A DNA stretch of 64,000 nt from Syntrophaceae bacterium UBA2188 (GTDB lineage Bacteria > Desulfobacterota > BSN033 > UBA1163). Made by a program: the position numbers and the translations under genes. The notes beneath the pieces are model-generated. The model was not told the DNA's origin. It ran no database searches and was given only the letters and a program-made list of their open reading frames with translations. Below are positions 20,000-29,211 of the stretch, piece after piece; positions within the stretch are counted from its first letter, which is position 1; each line of letters begins with the position of its first letter. The stretch spans positions 29-64,028 of the forward strand of contig DCVM01000012.1 of assembly GCA_002327985.1 (NCBI GenBank), read 5' to 3'.

Positions 20000-20983
20000 T
20001 TATTCAGCATAGAGAGCTTTCTTTAATATTTCCTTCGGATCGGTCGGCATTGGATCTGCCCAAGCCAAACGATCTGCCTCCTCCATCTCGTTTGCTGCCC
20101 CACCATCGATCTTTTCTATATCCACCTGGGTGAGAACTCCTTCTTTCAGTAACCGTTTTTGCGCCAGTTTAATCGGATCCCTTTTTCTCCAAACCTCGAT
20201 TTCCTCTTGAGTACGAGGCCTTCCTAATAAGGTATCGGGAAGGCCTACGGCGTGAGGCTGAATGCGATAGGTCTTGCATTCAATCAGGCTAGGCCCTTCG
20301 TCCGCTCTCGCCCGATCTATCGCGGTCTGGACTTCCTTGTGGACTGCAAAAACATCCTGCCCATCCACGACTTTTGCAGGGACACCATAACCAAAGCCTA
20401 AATCAGCAAAATCGTCTTTTGGATGAATTATTTTAACAGGTGTATTTCCCATAATTTGATTGTTCTCGACAATAAATAGATTAGGAAGCTTCCACGTTGC
20501 AGCCATGATCATTGATTCATGGAAAGTCCCCCGTGCATAGGTCCCCTCTCCTTCGATCACCATGACTACCTGCTTTTTTCCCCGCAATTGCGCCGCAAGC
20601 CCCATTCCGACAGCAAGGGGAAAATGCCCACCGAGTGTCCCGCTCATGCCCGGAATGCCCAGCTTCATATCACACGTATGAAATCCACTAACACCATCGC
20701 AGCAGCCGGTAATTCTACCATAATGTTCTGCCAAGATGATCCTGGCAGGGAGGCCCTTAATCAGAGTCTTACTGATGGCGTGCCCCCGGTGAGAAGGAAA
20801 AAGATAGTCATCCTCCCTTAGAAAACTACATGCACCGACTCCTACAGCCTCCTGACCCTCACCACTATGAAAAAAGGTTGAAATTTTACCCGTCAGCAAG
20901 GCTTTCACCATCGTCTCATCCAGCTTCCGGACCCGCACCAGATTTGTGTAGAGTCGTATCTTTTGCTCCTTGGTCAGATCCAT
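20000..20983 (-). CDS. acetoin-dehydrogenase-type E1 alpha subunit, copy 2
   Basis: TPP motif GEGTYARGTFHES...VENNQ; start placed at MDLTKEQ (RBS AAGGAGGGG) by homology with copy 3. Confidence 0.8.
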   Translation of the reverse strand: MDLTKEQKIRLYTNLVRVRKLDETMVKALLTGKISTFFHSGEGQEAVGVGACSFLREDDYLFPSHRGHAISKTLIKGLPARIILAEHYGRITGCCDGVSGFHTCDMKLGIPGMSGTLGGHFPLAVGMGLAAQLRGKKQVVMVIEGEGTYARGTFHESMIMAATWKLPNLFIVENNQIMGNTPVKIIHPKDDFADLGFGYGVPAKVVDGQDVFAVHKEVQTAIDRARADEGPSLIECKTYRIQPHAVGLPDTLLGRPRTQEEIEVWRKRDPIKLAQKRLLKEGVLTQVDIEKIDGGAANEMEEADRLAWADPMPTDPKEILKKALYAE

Positions 20984-21152
20984 AGCCCCTCCTTTTATGC
21001 GTTTTTTGTCCCTAATCATTTTAAATAAACTTTTGTACGAAATATCTTAATCCACACCTTGAATATCAAGGAACTTTGTTCACCTTTTCCGCAATGTCCT
21101 TGTAGTCATGGATGCGGAGGATGATATCTCCCATCCGCTTTATCTCCGTACT

Positions 21153-22217
21153 CTAATTTTGTTTTACCTTTGTGATCCCTAAATCACCGAATGCTTTAAC
21201 AGCGTCAAATCCAACTTTTTCTTTCTTCATATCACTAATATCCATATCTTTGCCCAAGACTTTCAGAATAGCAGCAGCGATGTCTGGGGGTTGAGGTAAA
21301 ACATGTTCCTCTAAGTACCATCCTGCGGGAATGGGACAATTGGCGGCAGCCACCCTCTGGATCGGAGCGTCAAGGTAATCGAAAGCCTTCTCCATAATTT
21401 GCATGCCGATCTCCCCAGTCACACCGCATCGCAAGGTATCTTCATCGACGATCACCACTCGCTTCGTCTTTTTTACAGAAGTGACGATCGTGTCAATATC
21501 AAATGGCTCAAGCGTCCGTGGGTCAATGACCTCTACACTAATTCCCCTCTCCTGGAGTTTATTCGCCACCCCAAGACTCAAATCAACCATAAATCCTACT
21601 GCAACCACCGTGACATCTTTTCCTTCTTTTTTAACATCCGCCAAACCAAACGGGATCGTATACTCTTCATCAGGGATCTCACCTTTTTTAGTTAATAAAA
21701 GCTTATGATAAAGGTAAACTACAGGATCATCATCTCGAATGGCTGTTTTTAAGAGGCCCTTCGCATCATAGGGTGTCGTCGGAATAGCAATCCTCAATCC
21801 TGGTGTATGCATGATGAGGGATTCTACGGACTGTGAATGTTCCGAATCAGACCGTATATACCCGCCGGTGGATGCCATATAAACAATGGGCATTTTCAAC
21901 TTCATACCATGAGTAAACCGCCATTTGGCTGCCTTGTTACATATTTCATCTCCTGCGATGAGAAAGAAGTCGCTAAACATCAGCTCAGCAATGGGGCGAT
22001 ACCCCGCTAAGGCTGCTCCTACAGCTGCCCCTGCAATAGCATTTTCACTTATTGAGGTATCTAATACTCTGTCTTTACCAAATTTCTCAAATAAACCGTT
22101 TGTATGGGGAAACGTCCCTCCCCTCACACATTCTCCAAAGATAAAAACAGTCTCGTCTCTTTTCATCTCTTCCAAAAGAGCCTCATTAATGGCCTGAATA
22201 AATCTAACCTCTCTCAT
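21153..22217 (-). CDS. acetoin-dehydrogenase-type E1 beta subunit, copy 3
   Basis: MREVRFIQAINEALLEEMKRDETVFIFG; roughly 65% identical to copy 2 by eye. Confidence 0.85.
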   Translation of the reverse strand: MREVRFIQAINEALLEEMKRDETVFIFGECVRGGTFPHTNGLFEKFGKDRVLDTSISENAIAGAAVGAALAGYRPIAELMFSDFFLIAGDEICNKAAKWRFTHGMKLKMPIVYMASTGGYIRSDSEHSQSVESLIMHTPGLRIAIPTTPYDAKGLLKTAIRDDDPVVYLYHKLLLTKKGEIPDEEYTIPFGLADVKKEGKDVTVVAVGFMVDLSLGVANKLQERGISVEVIDPRTLEPFDIDTIVTSVKKTKRVVIVDEDTLRCGVTGEIGMQIMEKAFDYLDAPIQRVAAANCPIPAGWYLEEHVLPQPPDIAAAILKVLGKDMDISDMKKEKVGFDAVKAFGDLGITKVKQN

Positions 22218-22236
22218 TTTGGCTCCCCCTTTCTTT

Positions 22237-23211
22237 TCATTTCCAATAGAGAACCTGCTTCAATATCTGAGGATCGGGTGCTGGACTCTCAGTCGCAAAT
22301 CTCTCTGCCTCCTCCATCTCCTCTATTGCTTCTCGATCGATCCGGTCTACATCTGCCTGGGTTAGGACACCCTCTTTGAGGAGTCGCTCCTGAAAAAGGT
22401 TTACCGGATCCTTTTTCACCCAAGGTTCGATTTCCTCCGGAGACCTGAGTCCTGCACATCTTTTATCCACCATGCCATAGGTATGGGGTTCGATACGATA
22501 AGTCTTGCATTCTATCAAGCTCGGCCCTTCTCCAGCTCTCGCTCTCTCTATAGCAGTTTGAAATGCTTCAAAGACTGCAACGACATCCTGTCCGTCAACC
22601 ACTACTCCAGGCATTCCATAACCAAAAGCTAAATCCGCCATGTTCTCTTTTGGAAAAATATCGCTGGTCGGGGTGAAAACCATATACTGATTGTTTTCAA
22701 CTCCCCACACAATAGGAAGCTTCCAATTTGCCGCCATCAGTGCAGCTTCATGGAAAGTCCCCCGACCATAAGTCCCGTCTCCCTGTATACAAACTACCAC
22801 CTGTCCTTTAGCTCGCATCTTGGCAGCAATACCCATTCCGGCAGCCAGGACAAAGTCACCTCCTAATGATCCGCTTAGACCAGGGGCACCATATTCCATA
22901 TCCGCAACATGAAGACAGCCCATACCCTGGCATGCACCGCTATTTTTGCTGAAGTGCTCTGCGATAAAGGCCCTGGGTGAGATACCTTTTGGGATTACCG
23001 TAGTAATACCGTGCCCTCGATGACAAAAAAAGATATAGTCATCCTTTCTTAAAAAAGTGGTAGCTCCAACACCAACCGCTTCTTGACCTTTTTGGCTACT
23101 CCAGTGCCCGCAAACCTTCCCAGACAAAACGCCTTTCACCATTATTTCATCAAGCTTCCGGACTCGCACCAGATTCGTATAGAGCTTCATTTTCTGTTCC
23201 TTTGTTAGCAT
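22237..23211 (-). CDS. acetoin-dehydrogenase-type E1 alpha subunit, copy 3
   Basis: GDGTYGRGTFHEA...VENNQ TPP motif; start at MLTKEQ with RBS AGGAGG 8 nt upstream. Confidence 0.8.
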   Translation of the reverse strand: MLTKEQKMKLYTNLVRVRKLDEIMVKGVLSGKVCGHWSSQKGQEAVGVGATTFLRKDDYIFFCHRGHGITTVIPKGISPRAFIAEHFSKNSGACQGMGCLHVADMEYGAPGLSGSLGGDFVLAAGMGIAAKMRAKGQVVVCIQGDGTYGRGTFHEAALMAANWKLPIVWGVENNQYMVFTPTSDIFPKENMADLAFGYGMPGVVVDGQDVVAVFEAFQTAIERARAGEGPSLIECKTYRIEPHTYGMVDKRCAGLRSPEEIEPWVKKDPVNLFQERLLKEGVLTQADVDRIDREAIEEMEEAERFATESPAPDPQILKQVLYWK

Positions 23212-23260
23212 ATATCTACCTCCTAACCACATTTCTCTAAAAATTAGTTTCGATTTATAA

Positions 23261-24220
23261 TCATGTGTGTGAAAAGAGTTTTAATCCCTTCGCCAACCCA
23301 TGGAATCTATAAATCCAACCTCCGTCTAAACCGCCAACGGTTATATAGCCCTCATCTGTTTCTGGCTTGAATGCTAAATTGGTAGTCAGAAGGTTCTTTC
23401 CTTCATCTCGACCTGGTATTAAAACCTGAGCCACCGGAATAGCTGCTTTATTTAGGACCAGAATTCTTCCATGCCCTGCAAGAGTTTGATAGACGTTACC
23501 CTCTGAATCGACAGCGTTCGAGTCAGGCATTCCATCTCCCATAAAATTGTAAGCAACCGTAGCCGGAGGGTGAGCAAGCGATATTCCATCTTGCTGTATT
23601 TTTATATGAATTAATCGATTCAAAGCTGACTCAGCCACCCAGAGTTCATACCCAAAGGGAATGATGCTTGGCATTGAAACTCCTTTTGGGACTAGAGAAA
23701 TTCCATTGGCCGTCACAAGATTTGTAACAATCGGGTGGACTGTCTTTAGATCTGCCGAAAAACGGTAAACACCACCCGTTAGACTGAAGGCGTTTTTAAA
23801 GTCTCCGAGATCGGTGACGTAGAAGTTCCCATCATAGTCAAAGACAATATCATCCGGAGCTATGGGTTTACCTTCGTACCTTACTTTTATTTCCCTCATA
23901 TTACTCCCATCCGGATTCATCGCCATCACTTGCCCTGAAGGACAAACCAAATACAACCTTCCATCCTTATGGATAGCACATCCAGCAGCCATGTAGGCTG
24001 GGTTGCTGAAGATTGTACTCATCTTTTTATCTGGTGTGATCTTAATGACACGGCCTTCAACGACCGAAGTGATGAAGAGGTTTCCTTCTCGGTCGAATGC
24101 AGGAGCTTCAAGAATGGATGGATAGGGATTGATTTGTAACCAACATTCCGCCATGATTGTATAAATACTTTCTTCGGATGGTGGGATAAGAACTAAATCT
24201 TTTTTCGCTTTTTCTCCCAT
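23261..24220 (-). CDS. SMP-30/gluconolactonase/LRE-like beta-propeller protein (putative lactonase)
   Basis: 319 aa; repeated hydrophobic-G-D/N blade pattern (DREGNLFIT, DYDGNFYVTD, DSEGNVYQT) typical of SMP-30/strictosidine-synthase-like 6-blade propellers. Confidence 0.6.
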   Translation of the reverse strand: MGEKAKKDLVLIPPSEESIYTIMAECWLQINPYPSILEAPAFDREGNLFITSVVEGRVIKITPDKKMSTIFSNPAYMAAGCAIHKDGRLYLVCPSGQVMAMNPDGSNMREIKVRYEGKPIAPDDIVFDYDGNFYVTDLGDFKNAFSLTGGVYRFSADLKTVHPIVTNLVTANGISLVPKGVSMPSIIPFGYELWVAESALNRLIHIKIQQDGISLAHPPATVAYNFMGDGMPDSNAVDSEGNVYQTLAGHGRILVLNKAAIPVAQVLIPGRDEGKNLLTTNLAFKPETDEGYITVGGLDGGWIYRFHGLAKGLKLFSHT

Positions 24221-24274
24221 TTTCGCTCTCCTTTATTTAACGTTTAAATCAATGTTATAATGATGAAATAATAA

Positions 24275-25063
24275 TTAGGCAATGAAGCCTCCATCCTGGA
24301 CAAATGTTTGCCCTGTCACATAACTCGACGCATCAGAGGCTAACCAAATAGCTAATCCCTTAATTTCATTTGGCTCAGCTACCCGTCCCATGGGTGTAAA
24401 TTTAGCGAATCTTTGAAGGTAAGGTTCTGCTACCTCTCGGGGTATAAACGTGGACTTGGTATCATGAGTCCCTGGTGCAATCGCATTGATTCGAATCCCA
24501 TCCTTAGCATAGGCAACTGCCGCATGCCTTGTGAGAGCAATAATACCAGCCTTAGACGCCCCATAAGCATATATATTGGGGGCAGACCATTCCCAACACC
24601 CAGCCATCAGCCCGGCTACAGAAGCCGTGCTAATGATAGACCCTCTTTTCTGCTTTAGCATCACGGGTAAAACGGCGCGCATGCAGAGAAATGTCCCCTT
24701 CAAATTAATGTTAATGCATGCATCCCAATCTTCAATCACAAGTTCATGAAGTCTTTTTTCAATGGAATGGCACCAACCGGCATTATTGAACAAAATATCG
24801 ATGGTTCCGAATCCTGATACCGTCTGATTGACCATGCGCTCGATCTGGTCCGGTTTGGATACATCCGCCTCAATGGCTATGGCACGATGTCCAAACCTCT
24901 TTATGTCATCAACGGTTTCATCGGCAAACTTTTTGTTGATATCAGCACAGGCAACATCCGCCCCAAACTCAGCCATGGCCTCGCAATATGCCCGGCCAAG
25001 CCCGTGACCTCCTGCTGTAATCAGGGCAACCCTTCCTGAAAGATCAAAAATGTTCTTTTCCAT
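24275..25063 (-). CDS. SDR family oxidoreductase
   Basis: ITAGGHGLGRA Rossmann motif, YGASKAG catalytic Tyr/Lys. Confidence 0.85.
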   Translation of the reverse strand: MEKNIFDLSGRVALITAGGHGLGRAYCEAMAEFGADVACADINKKFADETVDDIKRFGHRAIAIEADVSKPDQIERMVNQTVSGFGTIDILFNNAGWCHSIEKRLHELVIEDWDACININLKGTFLCMRAVLPVMLKQKRGSIISTASVAGLMAGCWEWSAPNIYAYGASKAGIIALTRHAAVAYAKDGIRINAIAPGTHDTKSTFIPREVAEPYLQRFAKFTPMGRVAEPNEIKGLAIWLASDASSYVTGQTFVQDGGFIA

Positions 25064-25081
25064 AACGAGACTCTCCTTATC

Positions 25082-25852
25082 TCAGCAGAGTGTAAAACCT
25101 CCGTCTACAGCCAAGTGACAACCCACAACGAATGAAGCCGAATCGGAGCACAACCACACCACTGCTTCAGCGATTTCTTCTGGTAAGGCTATCCGTCCGA
25201 TCGGTGTTGCCATTGCCATTTTTTCGAGGTCTGGATTCAAAGCTGCCAGACGCTCTACCCCTGGCGTTTTAGTAGCACCTGGCTGAACAGCATTAACACG
25301 GATGCCAAACCTGGCATATTCCAGGGCTGCTGTTCGTGTCAGTTGCAATACACCTGCTTTTGCAGCATTGTACGGAGCATTTCCAATACCAGCTTTTACA
25401 GCAGCCCCTGAAGTGGTATTAACAATGACTCCAAATTTCTGCCGGAGCATCAATGGAATCTCATATTTCATGCATAGCCATACACCTTTCAAGTTGACAC
25501 CTATGGAGCGATCCCAAAACTCCTCCGCGATATCAGCAGTAGGAACAATATCCTGAAGGGATGGAGGTATCAGTCCGGCATTATTGTGTGCAAAATCTAA
25601 ACGTCCATAGGTGTCAACGATTTGTTTAATCATTTCTTCCACATCTCTTGCTTTAGAGACGTCACATTTAATAAACAATGCTGTTCCACCAGCTTCTTTG
25701 ATTTGGTGGACCGTTTCTTCGCCACCCTCTACAACAACATCGGCCACAACCACTCTTGCTCCTTCCCTGGCAAACAGCAACGCAGTGGCTCTCCCTATTC
25801 CCGAGCCTGCACCTGTGATGAGAGCCACTTTGTCTTTGAACCTTGGGGTCAT
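25082..25852 (-). CDS. SDR family oxidoreductase
   Basis: ITGAGSGIGRA, NNAG, YNAAKAG motifs. Confidence 0.85.
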   Translation of the reverse strand: MTPRFKDKVALITGAGSGIGRATALLFAREGARVVVADVVVEGGEETVHQIKEAGGTALFIKCDVSKARDVEEMIKQIVDTYGRLDFAHNNAGLIPPSLQDIVPTADIAEEFWDRSIGVNLKGVWLCMKYEIPLMLRQKFGVIVNTTSGAAVKAGIGNAPYNAAKAGVLQLTRTAALEYARFGIRVNAVQPGATKTPGVERLAALNPDLEKMAMATPIGRIALPEEIAEAVVWLCSDSASFVVGCHLAVDGGFTLC

Positions 25853-25913
25853 AATTCCTCCTCAGAATAAGCACTCACGTTTATGCTTCACCACTGCAAC
25901 CTTTCAAGTTTTT

Positions 25914-27356
25914 CTATTTCGCCTTTTTTGCGAAACTATAGATGTCAATGTCATCGCGCTTCATTGTTGGCGACGGCACGACTAACATCCTATTAAATGT
26001 AGAATGAAGATCCACGTAGTCTCTTTGAACACCCGAAGCCATACAGACAAGGCCGATATCGGGGTGAAAAGTTGGTATATTGGTACTGTCGCGGTACAAG
26101 CGCCCCTTCCTGTCATAGTTTTCAGCATACAAGAGGAATAATGTTTCTTTATCAAAATAGAGGATTCGTTTGCTATAGACATAGTTTTTATCCAATTGAG
26201 TTAACTTAACCACATAGACAGGCCGTCGCTCGAACTCCATGTTCGCCCATTCATATCCTTTCTTCGAATTAAGATAGTATGCCCCATCCATATCAGAGGC
26301 TATAAACAGGTATTCTCTTTCACCAACCAGCTCATACTGGTATGGGTAATGGTTGGGAGATATTTTTTGATCAAAGCCCTCATTATCATCCGTGATGCCA
26401 TCCTGTCCTCCCACCACATCCTGGGTATCTGTTGCCGACATCTTTCGAATACGCCTGATCGCACTAACGTATAGCATCGCACCATCTATCTTGTCGGCAT
26501 CTAAGTAATAGGTGAGTCCAATGGCACTTCCATATAAATCTCTCGGAGCAAGATATGCATATATGGCACCTTTATCCTCCCGCATATCCTTGGCTCGTTT
26601 ATCATACCATCCATAAGGTTCAACAAAAACCCGCCCTTTAAGCTTAATCTGCGTCATCAGTCCCGTACCATCGCTATCTATCTTCAGATTCTTGTTAAAT
26701 CCAATCGGTATGGTGTACCCATACATACCGTCCGCATAGGTGTAACGTTTCTTCCAATTGTAGATGATCTGCTGGGCTGCAAATTTTCCGGATGGCCTTG
26801 GAAATGGATAGCCGCTGATGTAGCTATCTTCAATAATGTAACCCTTATCGTCAAGCTTGGTACGTCCCATATTCTCTTTCGTCGCCTTAGCGAGAGGAAG
26901 GGTCCAAAAATACTGCCGCGTGGGAATCACCTTAAACTCCGAAAAATTCCCAACATGAGGCGGTCCACCAGGTTTAAAAAAGCGCTCATATAATGGGGGT
27001 AACATTAGCTCCTTAAGGCCAGGGTATTTGTCCCTGTCTTGATAGGTGTAGGTGCCCGGTTTAATCTCCGGGGCAATCTTGCCCACCATATCCGGAGCCC
27101 TAAACCCAACCACATCCGCCCAGGCTCTTTTCATCGCCTCTATGTCATGGGTCATCTTCGAATAGTATTCAGGTGGGATGAGTTTATTCATGGGCAAAGC
27201 TTTGTAAAGTGGGCGCGGGTCATCAAAAATGGCCTTTGCCCCTTTAAGTCCATCGTGGGTGACGGTGATTTTTTGGCACCATGCACTGGGTGCCAGGATA
27301 AACAGTCCTAACAAGAGGACCAAAGTCACGATGAAAAACATCTTCGTCTTTTCCAT
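25914..27356 (-). CDS. DUF1329 family secreted protein (LolA-like lipoprotein-sorting-like fold), signal peptide
   Basis: 480 aa, N-terminal signal peptide MFFIVTLVLLLGLFILAPSAWC; size, composition and genomic pairing with a DUF1302-like gene and an SSD-RND transporter match the DUF1329 family. Confidence 0.65.
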   Translation of the reverse strand: MEKTKMFFIVTLVLLLGLFILAPSAWCQKITVTHDGLKGAKAIFDDPRPLYKALPMNKLIPPEYYSKMTHDIEAMKRAWADVVGFRAPDMVGKIAPEIKPGTYTYQDRDKYPGLKELMLPPLYERFFKPGGPPHVGNFSEFKVIPTRQYFWTLPLAKATKENMGRTKLDDKGYIIEDSYISGYPFPRPSGKFAAQQIIYNWKKRYTYADGMYGYTIPIGFNKNLKIDSDGTGLMTQIKLKGRVFVEPYGWYDKRAKDMREDKGAIYAYLAPRDLYGSAIGLTYYLDADKIDGAMLYVSAIRRIRKMSATDTQDVVGGQDGITDDNEGFDQKISPNHYPYQYELVGEREYLFIASDMDGAYYLNSKKGYEWANMEFERRPVYVVKLTQLDKNYVYSKRILYFDKETLFLLYAENYDRKGRLYRDSTNIPTFHPDIGLVCMASGVQRDYVDLHSTFNRMLVVPSPTMKRDDIDIYSFAKKAK

Positions 27357-27413
27357 CTTTATCTCCTTTCTTTCAGCTTGGATTCATCTATGGTTAAACC
27401 TGTGATGGAGCCT

Positions 27414-28937
27414 TTAGCCCCACTTGTAACTGACCTTGAAATAGATATAATCCTTGTTTTCAAACAACTCGAACCCTTGCCCTTCCTTCTTTCCATACAG
27501 GAAACATGATCCCAAAGTGAAATGCCATTTGTTACTATAGTCATAGACCAATTGCAGACGGAAGAAGTCTGACTTGGAGTTGACATCGTGTAGCCAGAAG
27601 AACGACGGGGTCAATTTGTTGTGAAAGTAGGATGTATTGATCATCAAGGTCGTCTGGTAGTTGTTTTTCTTTAAACCCGAAATCTCTTCGATGGATGGAT
27701 AATCATTTATTCTCCGATAGTAGAATTGTGGCGAGATCATGAAATAGGTATTCGGGTTCAAGAAGGGAATTCTCACTTTCCAATCCACCCCAATAGCCCC
27801 ACGAAACTCATCTGATTTTTTAAATCTGGAGATGGGTGTTCCCGGTGTTCCAAAAGCAAACGTGCTATCAAAGGCGTACAAAGTCTCCAAACGCACAACC
27901 GGAGAAACACCTCCCAAGAAGGAGGCCCTCAAGGGGGTAATATCCCTGGAAAAGGTAGCCCCCACAAAACGAAAAAGTGGATACTTGCCTTCCATGAGGG
28001 GGTGAAGGATCAAGTTCCCATCGGAGGCAAAAATATCTGGCGGAAGCGGGGAAAGATAAGGAGGAATAAGATTTGTCACCGGGTCATTATCCCGACCATA
28101 AAACGCATTCAATGTAATGACGGAGTCGTATACGACCCCTTTAATTCTGAATGCGAATTCATTCCCTTCTCTCCATCTCTTTGGCTTATCAATCATCCCT
28201 GTTCTAATCATTGAACCCATATGGGGTCCAGAAAGCGGAATATCCGGTGCCCAAATCCCTCCATCATCGTTGCCAATCATGATCCCCTGATTAGGAATGA
28301 AATCTGGGTTGGGGTTATAGACAAATTCGAGGTTCAGACTCTGGATCCAGGTCGGCTTGATGGGCAAATTGTACTCAGTTCTAATGAGCCAGATCGGAAT
28401 GATATTTGTCTCAAATTCTACATCGGCAAACCCTCGACGCTGGTCCCAAGGATTAATCTGATCCATGAGCCGGAAACCGTCTGTCTCACCCCAGTTAACA
28501 ATTTGCTTTCCTATTCGGAACATGAAATCTCCTGGGGTCCAGGTAACATGGGCCTCTTTCAATAATTGCCAGTACTTATCATCCACATTTAAGTTCTTAT
28601 AGGATTTGTTAAACAATTTTTCATTCCATGAACTGTCCTTATGTTTCAACTGGTAAATCCAATCCACGGTGAGCATGCCTGAGGCATAGAATTTAAGACT
28701 CTTCATAGGCGTATAATCGCCTTCCACAAAAAGGTTCATCAGGGCAGAATTTAAACCTTTTTCAGTATCATATTTGTCCCTATCGAGCAGACTAAAGGAT
28801 GCCCCCTGAGTCGCATATCCAAACAAGTTGAGAGGCTTTCCGAGCACTGTAAACTGCTCGGCCATAACAGGAAAACTTGATAAGGCCATGGTCAGTACGA
28901 CTATCCAAAATAAAATTAAAAATCTTTTCTTTTTCAT
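27414..28937 (-). CDS. DUF1302 family outer-membrane protein (putative beta-barrel)
   Basis: Signal peptide MKKKRFLILFWIVVLTMALSSFPVMA, about 500 aa, aromatic-rich, ends in Y-K-W-G-stop beta-barrel-like terminus; start at MKKKRF with RBS GAAGGAGGGAGGGG. Confidence 0.65.
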   Translation of the reverse strand: MKKKRFLILFWIVVLTMALSSFPVMAEQFTVLGKPLNLFGYATQGASFSLLDRDKYDTEKGLNSALMNLFVEGDYTPMKSLKFYASGMLTVDWIYQLKHKDSSWNEKLFNKSYKNLNVDDKYWQLLKEAHVTWTPGDFMFRIGKQIVNWGETDGFRLMDQINPWDQRRGFADVEFETNIIPIWLIRTEYNLPIKPTWIQSLNLEFVYNPNPDFIPNQGIMIGNDDGGIWAPDIPLSGPHMGSMIRTGMIDKPKRWREGNEFAFRIKGVVYDSVITLNAFYGRDNDPVTNLIPPYLSPLPPDIFASDGNLILHPLMEGKYPLFRFVGATFSRDITPLRASFLGGVSPVVRLETLYAFDSTFAFGTPGTPISRFKKSDEFRGAIGVDWKVRIPFLNPNTYFMISPQFYYRRINDYPSIEEISGLKKNNYQTTLMINTSYFHNKLTPSFFWLHDVNSKSDFFRLQLVYDYSNKWHFTLGSCFLYGKKEGQGFELFENKDYIYFKVSYKWG

Positions 28938-29107
28938 AACCCCTCCCTCCTTCTTTTTTCTCTCCATGGTTTGATAAAAAAACAATAATCTCTTCCTCTT
29001 CCCTATCCCAATTCGACCCTCAATAATTCCACTTCACCCCCTTTCCTAAAATAAACTTGCCCGTGTAGCGTGCCCGTAAATCCTCTATAGCCTCAATCTC
29101 TTTCTTT

Positions 29108-29195
29108 CACCCCACCCTCATCCTCACTCCATCAAGGGGGAGAGGGATCTTTGGCCTCTCCCCCCTCTGGAGTGGGTTAGGGGTGAGGAAATGAG
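29108..29195. repeat. long imperfect inverted repeat / GC-rich stem-loop in the RND-DUF1302 intergenic spacer
   Basis: Core 10-bp perfect stem GGGGGAGAGG (29136-29145) / CCTCTCCCCC (29155-29164) around a 9-nt loop, flanked by further imperfect complementarity (cactcca / tggagtg; cctcatcctcac / gtgaggaaatgagg). Confidence 0.5.
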
Positions 29196-29211
29196 GAAAG
29201 AGACGAAATGT

